Positions 58,866-64,000 of a DNA stretch of 64,000 bases are shown in pieces (the first letter of the stretch is position 1; each line of letters starts with the position of its first letter). The notes below the pieces were generated by a model. That model had not been told where the DNA came from. It ran no database searches and saw only the letters and a program-made list of their open reading frames with translations. The stretch spans positions 6,368,001 to 6,432,000 of the forward strand of contig JBKAGP010000001.1 in NCBI GenBank assembly GCA_046290465.1, given 5' to 3'. The DNA comes from Planctomycetota bacterium. Its GTDB lineage: Bacteria; Planctomycetota; UBA1135; UBA2386. Both the position numbers and the translations under genes were made by a program.

Positions 58866-61105
58866 GCGAGGTCGCGGCGAGCGAACGGGTCGCGACGGCG
58901 ACGCCGCCCCCGACGACGGGCCCGCTGGTCTCGGTGGTGATCGCGATCAGCGACGCCGAGGCCCGTCCGCGCAACGTCATCGAGGGCTTCGGCAAGGCGC
59001 TGCACCAGGCCGGCTACACCAGCGAGTTCGTGCTGGTGCTCGACGGCCCGGTCGGCCGCTTCGAGGACGAACTGCGCGAGCTGAGCCAGCACTGGAACGT
59101 GCACGTGGTCGCGCTCGAGGGCGGCGGGCTCGGCGAGTCGATCGCGCTGTCGGCCGGCGTCGCCAAGGCCAACGGGGACCTGGTCGTCAACGCGCCGCCC
59201 TACCTGCAGATCGAGCCCGAGGACATCGTCGACGTCGTCAAGGCGCTCGAGGCCGGCGCCGACTGCGTCGCGACGTGGCGCGACCGCCGCGTCGACCCGT
59301 GGCTCAACCAGCTGCAGTCGCGCCTGTTCAACCGCGTGCTGCGGGTGATCATGAAGGCGCCGTTCCACGACCTGAACTCCGGCACGCGCGGCTTCCGCCG
59401 CCAGGTGCTCGAGGAGGTCGCGGTCTACGGCGAGCTCTACCGCTTCCTGCCGGTGCTGGCCGCGCGCCAGGGCTTCCGCGTCGTCGAGGTGCGGGTCCGC
59501 CACCGCGAAGAACAGGGCCGCGCCGGCTTCTACGGCGTCGGCGTCTACCTGCGCCGGCTGCTCGACATCGTCGCGATCTCGTTCCTGACGCGCTTCACCC
59601 AGCGGCCGCTGCGGTTCTTCGGCTACCTGGGCTTCGCCGCGATCGTGCTCGGCGCGCCGATCGCGGGCTACTTCCTCTATCAGCGCCTGTTCACCGAGGG
59701 CTACTCGCTCGCCGACAAGCCCGCGTTCGTGATGAGCGCGATCCTCGCCGCGTTCGGCGTGCAACTGATCGGCTTCGGCCTGATCGGCGAGATCATCATC
59801 TTCACGCAGGCGCCCAACCTGCGTGACTACAAGATCGAGGAGGAGATCGGCGGGGAGTCGATCGCCGAGCCGAAGCCCGACCTCGAGGAGGCGCCGCAGG
59901 AGCTGGCCGCGGCCCCCGCGGTCGACCACGCGCCGGCGCCCGACGGGCAGCGCGACGACGTTCGCGACGGCGACGACGGCGCCAACGAGGCGGCCACCGT
60001 CGAGGTCGTGGCGGCGATGCCCCAGACCGAGGACCTGCCGATCCGCGTGCGCGAGATCGTGCCCGGCGAGGACGCCCGCTGGGACGCGTTCGTCGCCAGG
60101 CATCCGCAGGGCACGTTCTTCCACCGCACCGGCTGGTCGCGCGCGGTGCAGGAGATGTTCCGGCACCAGCCGCACCACCTGGTGGTCGAGCAGGGCCGCA
60201 AGTGGCTCGGCGTGCTGCCGCTGTTCCTGACCAAGAGCCCGTTCCTCGGCAAGAACCTCGTCAGCGTGCCGTACTCGGTGTACGGCGGCATCCTGGCCGC
60301 CGACGAACGGGCCGGCGCGGCCCTGGTGCAGCACGCCGGCGAGCTGGGCAAGGAGCTCGGCGTCGGCTTCGTCGAGCTGCGCCACCTCGAAGAACGGTCC
60401 GTCGACCTGCCGCGCTCCGACCTCTACGTGACGTTCCGCTGCGAGCTGCCCGACGATCCGGCCGACGTGATGGCGCGCATCCCGAAGAAGCGCCGCGCCG
60501 AGGTGCGCGCGGCGCGCGAGCCGCAGGCCGCTGCGACCGCCAAGAAGCGCGAGTCGTTCGGCATCACGGTGAGCGACGACGGCAGCGTCGAGGAGCTGTT
60601 CCGGCTGTTCGCCGAGAACAAGCGGCGGCTCGGCTCGCCGAGCCTGCCGCAGCGTTGGTTCCAGGCGCTGCGCGACGAGTTCGGCAAGGCGGCGGTGATC
60701 CACCGCGCGGTCGATCCGTCGGGCCGCACGATCGCCGCGGTGATGTCGTTCACGTTCAAGGACACCGTCTACGCCTACTACTCGGGCTCGCGCAACGACG
60801 TCAACCACACCGGCGTCAACAACTACATCTACTGCGCGATCATGGAGTGGGCGGTCGAGAACGGCTACCGCCGGTTCGACTTCGGCCGCAGCCGCGTCGG
60901 CTCGGGGCCGGCGAAGTTCAAGGTCAACATGGGCTTCGAGCCCGAGCCGCTGCACTACGACTACCTGCTGGTCGCCGACGGCGCGAAGCTGCCCGAGTTC
61001 CACCCGAGCAACCCGAAGCTGGCGTTGCCGCGCCGCATGTGGTCGCGCCTGCCGATGATGCTGTGCAACCCGCTCGGCGCGCGGCTGTCGCGCTACCTGC
61101 CGTAG
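58862..61105 (+). CDS. Fusion: degenerate GT2 (ArnC/GtrB-like) + FemAB-related GNAT domain
   Basis: GT2-like N-half with two TMs, acidic linker, then WDAFVARHPQGTFFH..GVLPL..SVPYSVYGG..FDFGRS..KFKVNMG..PSNPK. Confidence 0.85.
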   Translation: MSEVAASERVATATPPPTTGPLVSVVIAISDAEARPRNVIEGFGKALHQAGYTSEFVLVLDGPVGRFEDELRELSQHWNVHVVALEGGGLGESIALSAGVAKANGDLVVNAPPYLQIEPEDIVDVVKALEAGADCVATWRDRRVDPWLNQLQSRLFNRVLRVIMKAPFHDLNSGTRGFRRQVLEEVAVYGELYRFLPVLAARQGFRVVEVRVRHREEQGRAGFYGVGVYLRRLLDIVAISFLTRFTQRPLRFFGYLGFAAIVLGAPIAGYFLYQRLFTEGYSLADKPAFVMSAILAAFGVQLIGFGLIGEIIIFTQAPNLRDYKIEEEIGGESIAEPKPDLEEAPQELAAAPAVDHAPAPDGQRDDVRDGDDGANEAATVEVVAAMPQTEDLPIRVREIVPGEDARWDAFVARHPQGTFFHRTGWSRAVQEMFRHQPHHLVVEQGRKWLGVLPLFLTKSPFLGKNLVSVPYSVYGGILAADERAGAALVQHAGELGKELGVGFVELRHLEERSVDLPRSDLYVTFRCELPDDPADVMARIPKKRRAEVRAAREPQAAATAKKRESFGITVSDDGSVEELFRLFAENKRRLGSPSLPQRWFQALRDEFGKAAVIHRAVDPSGRTIAAVMSFTFKDTVYAYYSGSRNDVNHTGVNNYIYCAIMEWAVENGYRRFDFGRSRVGSGPAKFKVNMGFEPEPLHYDYLLVADGAKLPEFHPSNPKLALPRRMWSRLPMMLCNPLGARLSRYLP

Positions 61106-61173
61106 CCGGGGAGGGCGGCTCCGCGCCGAAAGAACGGTGATCGCGCGCGACTGCCGCCGTACCGTGGCCGGCG

Positions 61174-63054
61174 ATGGCGATCGTCGCGATGTTGGACGGG
61201 GGCGCTCCGGTGCCGCTGCAGGTGTCGTGGGCCGCGTGGTTCGCGCGCGCCTCCGGGCAGGCACTGGTGGTGTTGCTGGCCGACGGCGAGGGCACCGAGC
61301 GCGCCGTGCTGCAGGCGCGCATGCAGCTGGTCGAGGACGAGGCGTTCGACTGCACCGACTCGGACGTCGACGACGCGCCCGCGCCCGACCCCGAGCAAAG
61401 CTCCGAACGCCTCGGCGCGCGGGTCGTCGCGGTGCCGGCGGCAGACTGCGACGCGGTGGTCGCCGAGCTGCAGCGGGCGGCGGCCGAGGCGTTCGTGGTG
61501 CTGCTGGCGCAGGTCGACAGCAAGGAACCGCGGGTGGTGGCGCTCGGCCGCGACCTGCTGCCGCGCGTGTCGTGTTCGGTCGCGGTCGTCGACCTCGGCG
61601 ACCAACGCTGGCCGCTGCGCCACCTGATGGTCGCCGCCAGCCGCGGCGCGCACCCGCGGTTGGCGCTGCGGTTGGCGCGCGATCTGTGCCAGGCCTCGGC
61701 AGGCGTTTCCGGCAGCGGCGACGAGCCGGTCGAGCCGTCGCGGCTGACCGCCGCCTACGTCGAACCCGACATCGGCAGCGACGCGCAGTCGGTCGGTGGC
61801 CACGTGCTCGGCCGGGTGCTGAAGCGCGCCTTCGACGGCGGCGAGCAGCTCGAGGTCGCGCGTCGGGTCGTGGTCGCGTCGAACGTCGACAGCGGTCTGG
61901 TCAAGGCCGCCGAGGTGGTCGAGCCGGACGCGATCGTGATGGGCATGCCGCGGCCCGGGCTGCTGTCGTCGCGGTTCTTCGGCGGGGTGCCGGCGCGCGT
62001 CTGTCGCCGCGTCGAGGTCCCGGTGGTGATGCTGCGGCCGGGCCTGCCGCTCGGCAACCGCGTGCGCCGCGGCCTCGAGCAGCTGCTGCAGCAGGTCGTG
62101 CCGCAGGTCGAACGCGACACCCGCGTCGAGCTGGCGGCGCGGGTGCAGTCGAGTTCGGCGTGGAACTTCGACTTCGTCGCGCTGATCAGCCTGTCGACGG
62201 TGATCGCCGCGCTCGGGCTGCTGCAGAACTCGGCCGCGGTGATCATCGGCGCGATGCTGATCGCCCCGCTGATGACGCCGATCCTCGGCGTCGGTCTGGC
62301 GCTGGCGCAGGGCAACGTGATGTTGATGAAGCTCGCGTTCAAGACGATCGCGTACGGCGTGTCGACGTCGCTGCTGCTGGCGGCCGGCGTCGGCTGGATC
62401 GATCGCGCCGCGGCCGGCGAACTGGCCGCGTCGCCGGAGATGCTCGGGCGCGGCTGGCCGGGGCTGATCGACCTGTTCGTCGCGTTCGTCTCGGGGCTCG
62501 CCGCCGCCTACGCGAACTCGCGGCCGAGCCTGGTCGCCGCGCTGCCGGGCGTCGCGATCGCCGCGGCGCTGGTGCCGCCGATCGCGACCAGCGGGCTGGC
62601 GCTGTCGGCGGGGGACCTGCGGCTCGCCTACGGTTCGTTCCTGCTGTTCTTCACCAACATGGTCGCGATCGTGTTGGCCGCCGGCGTCAGCCTGTGGGCG
62701 GTCGGCGTGCGCAAGCAGACCGAACGCGCCTGGCTGCGACACGTCGGCAACGCGTTCTTGCTGCTGGTGGTGGTGCTGGCCGTGCACCTGACGCAGCGGA
62801 CCCGCGTCGAGGTCGCCGACCGTGCCCGCGCCGCCGCCCGCGAGGTCTTGCCCGAGGGGTTGCGCATCGTCGAGGTCCGGGTGCGCGAAGCCAGCGACGG
62901 CTACACCGTGCGGCTGGAACTCGGCGGCACCGAGCCGCCCGGCGCGGCGGTCGGCCGGGCGCTGCGCGAACGGGTGCGGCGGGCGCTCGCGGCGCCGGTG
63001 GAGCTGCACCTCGCCTACGTCTGGCAGGACGTGCTGCCGGCCGACGGACGGTGA
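61174..63054 (+). CDS. Universal-stress-protein-like domains + DUF389 membrane domain
   Basis: USP-like DAIVMG..FFGGVP..VPVVML and DUF389 motifs GLLQNSAAVIIGAMLIAPLMTPI, LPGVAIAAALVPP, LLFFTN. Confidence 0.85.
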   Translation: MAIVAMLDGGAPVPLQVSWAAWFARASGQALVVLLADGEGTERAVLQARMQLVEDEAFDCTDSDVDDAPAPDPEQSSERLGARVVAVPAADCDAVVAELQRAAAEAFVVLLAQVDSKEPRVVALGRDLLPRVSCSVAVVDLGDQRWPLRHLMVAASRGAHPRLALRLARDLCQASAGVSGSGDEPVEPSRLTAAYVEPDIGSDAQSVGGHVLGRVLKRAFDGGEQLEVARRVVVASNVDSGLVKAAEVVEPDAIVMGMPRPGLLSSRFFGGVPARVCRRVEVPVVMLRPGLPLGNRVRRGLEQLLQQVVPQVERDTRVELAARVQSSSAWNFDFVALISLSTVIAALGLLQNSAAVIIGAMLIAPLMTPILGVGLALAQGNVMLMKLAFKTIAYGVSTSLLLAAGVGWIDRAAAGELAASPEMLGRGWPGLIDLFVAFVSGLAAAYANSRPSLVAALPGVAIAAALVPPIATSGLALSAGDLRLAYGSFLLFFTNMVAIVLAAGVSLWAVGVRKQTERAWLRHVGNAFLLLVVVLAVHLTQRTRVEVADRARAAAREVLPEGLRIVEVRVREASDGYTVRLELGGTEPPGAAVGRALRERVRRALAAPVELHLAYVWQDVLPADGR

Positions 63055-63095
63055 AATTGGCGGCGGCCGCGCCGATTGGTAGCTTCATGGCCGCG

Positions 63096-63323
63096 ATGTC
63101 GCAGACCCCGGATCCCAACACCGAGCACACCCGCTGGTCCCCCGGCCTGATCGGCTTCTACCTCAGCTGTGCCGGCGTCGCCCTCGGCGCCACGATCGCC
63201 GGCGGCAGCCACTTCTTCTTCGAGTCGCTCGGCGGCACCATCTTCGGCTCGGTGATGTCCGGCATCAGCTGCATCACCTGCTACTTCTCCCTCCGAGCCG
63301 CCCGCCGCCCACCCGAGAACTGA
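63096..63323 (+). CDS. Small two-TM hypothetical membrane protein
   Basis: Two hydrophobic segments, typical codon bias. Start at 63087 or 63096. Confidence 0.55.
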   Translation: MSQTPDPNTEHTRWSPGLIGFYLSCAGVALGATIAGGSHFFFESLGGTIFGSVMSGISCITCYFSLRAARRPPEN

Positions 63324-63340
63324 GGTACCGTACGGCAAGT
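63323..63340 (-). repeat. Family B repeat remnant
   Basis: Reverse complement acttgccgtacggtacct matches the family B end, between convergent stop codons. Confidence 0.65.
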
Positions 63341-63341
63341 C

Positions 63342-63935
63342 TCAGCGGAGCAGCCAGTCGACGGCGGTGGCGAGGTCGGCGGCTTCGTGGTCGGGGGGGC
63401 AGGCGGCGGCGCGCAGGTGTTGGCGTTGGGGTTCGATCGGCTTGCCGCTGCGGACCAGGATCTTGGTGATCGGCAGGCCCCGGGCCATCAGCACGTCGCG
63501 GGCGCTGTCGCCGATGACCACCGCACCTTCGAACGACACACCGAACGGTCCCAGCAGCGCCTTCGCCTCGTGCAGCATGCCGGCGGCGGGCTTGCGGCAG
63601 GCGCACGCGCGGCGGTAGCCGTTGGTGGGCGCGTCACCACCCTCGCGGCCACCACCGTCGAGGCCCGGATGGTGGGGGCAGTGCAGGTAGGCGAGCGGCA
63701 CCCGGTCGAGCATCGTGTGCATCGCCTCGTGCACGCGCGCCAGGTCGCGCTCGCTGTAGTAGCCGCGCGCGATGCCGCTCTGGTTGGTCGTGATCACGAC
63801 CCGGAAGCCGGCCTGCGCGAGCCGTCGCACCGCGTCCCTGGCGCCCGGCAGCAGTTCGAGTCTCTCCGGCGATCCGAGGAAGTCGACGTCCCGGTTGATG
63901 GTGCCGTCGCGGTCGAGGAACGCCGTGCGCGTCAC
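63342..63935 (-). CDS. gmhB: D-glycero-D-manno-heptose 1,7-bisphosphate phosphatase (HAD IIIA)
   Basis: FLDRDGTIN, TNQSGIARG, CPHHP, CACRKP, IGDS..D. Confidence 0.9.
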   Translation of the reverse strand: MTRTAFLDRDGTINRDVDFLGSPERLELLPGARDAVRRLAQAGFRVVITTNQSGIARGYYSERDLARVHEAMHTMLDRVPLAYLHCPHHPGLDGGGREGGDAPTNGYRRACACRKPAAGMLHEAKALLGPFGVSFEGAVVIGDSARDVLMARGLPITKILVRSGKPIEPQRQHLRAAACPPDHEAADLATAVDWLLR

Positions 63936-64000
63936 CGTTGCGGGTCCTGTTCCTCACGCCGCGCGGCCAGCAGGTCGAAGCCGAGCAGCGGCTCGTCGGT
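63932..64000 (-). CDS. 3' end of an unidentified CDS (truncated by window edge)
   Basis: Open frame ...TDEPLLGFDLLAARREEQDPQR* whose TGA overlaps the gmhB GTG. Confidence 0.5.
   Translation of the reverse strand, partial: TDEPLLGFDLLAARREEQDPQR

Overview
A GC-rich, gene-dense bacterial chromosomal segment, most likely from a Planctomycetota-like diderm. This is inferred from gene content and protein architectures, not from a marker gene. It holds about 48 CDSs, mostly housekeeping: type III glutamine synthetase, azurin, T2SS gspD-E-F, PTS EIIA, lpxD, accA, tig-clpP-clpX-rlmN, mnmG, ruvA, rpmH, nadD, rsmG, miaA, yidC, gmhB, polysaccharide genes (GT4, GT2s, flippase, asnB, WecA/MraY-like) and signalling genes. 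I found no rRNA, tRNA, transposase, integrase or cas gene. The best candidates for undescribed biology are: (1) a TPR protein with two tandem RNA-polymerase alpha-CTD domains directly upstream of ruvA, behind a promoter with a duplicated AT-rich 13-mer; (2) two unrelated secreted proteins sharing a C-terminal motif, a possible sorting domain; (3) several fusions with apparently dead catalytic modules (His->Asp pseudo-kinase, degenerate TsaC plus YwlE-type phosphatase, degenerate GT2 plus FemAB-like domain, STAS plus PilZ-like domain); (4) three families of short intergenic repeats; (5) many apparently leaderless genes. All product calls rest on motifs recognised by eye, start codons are best estimates, and no database search was run.
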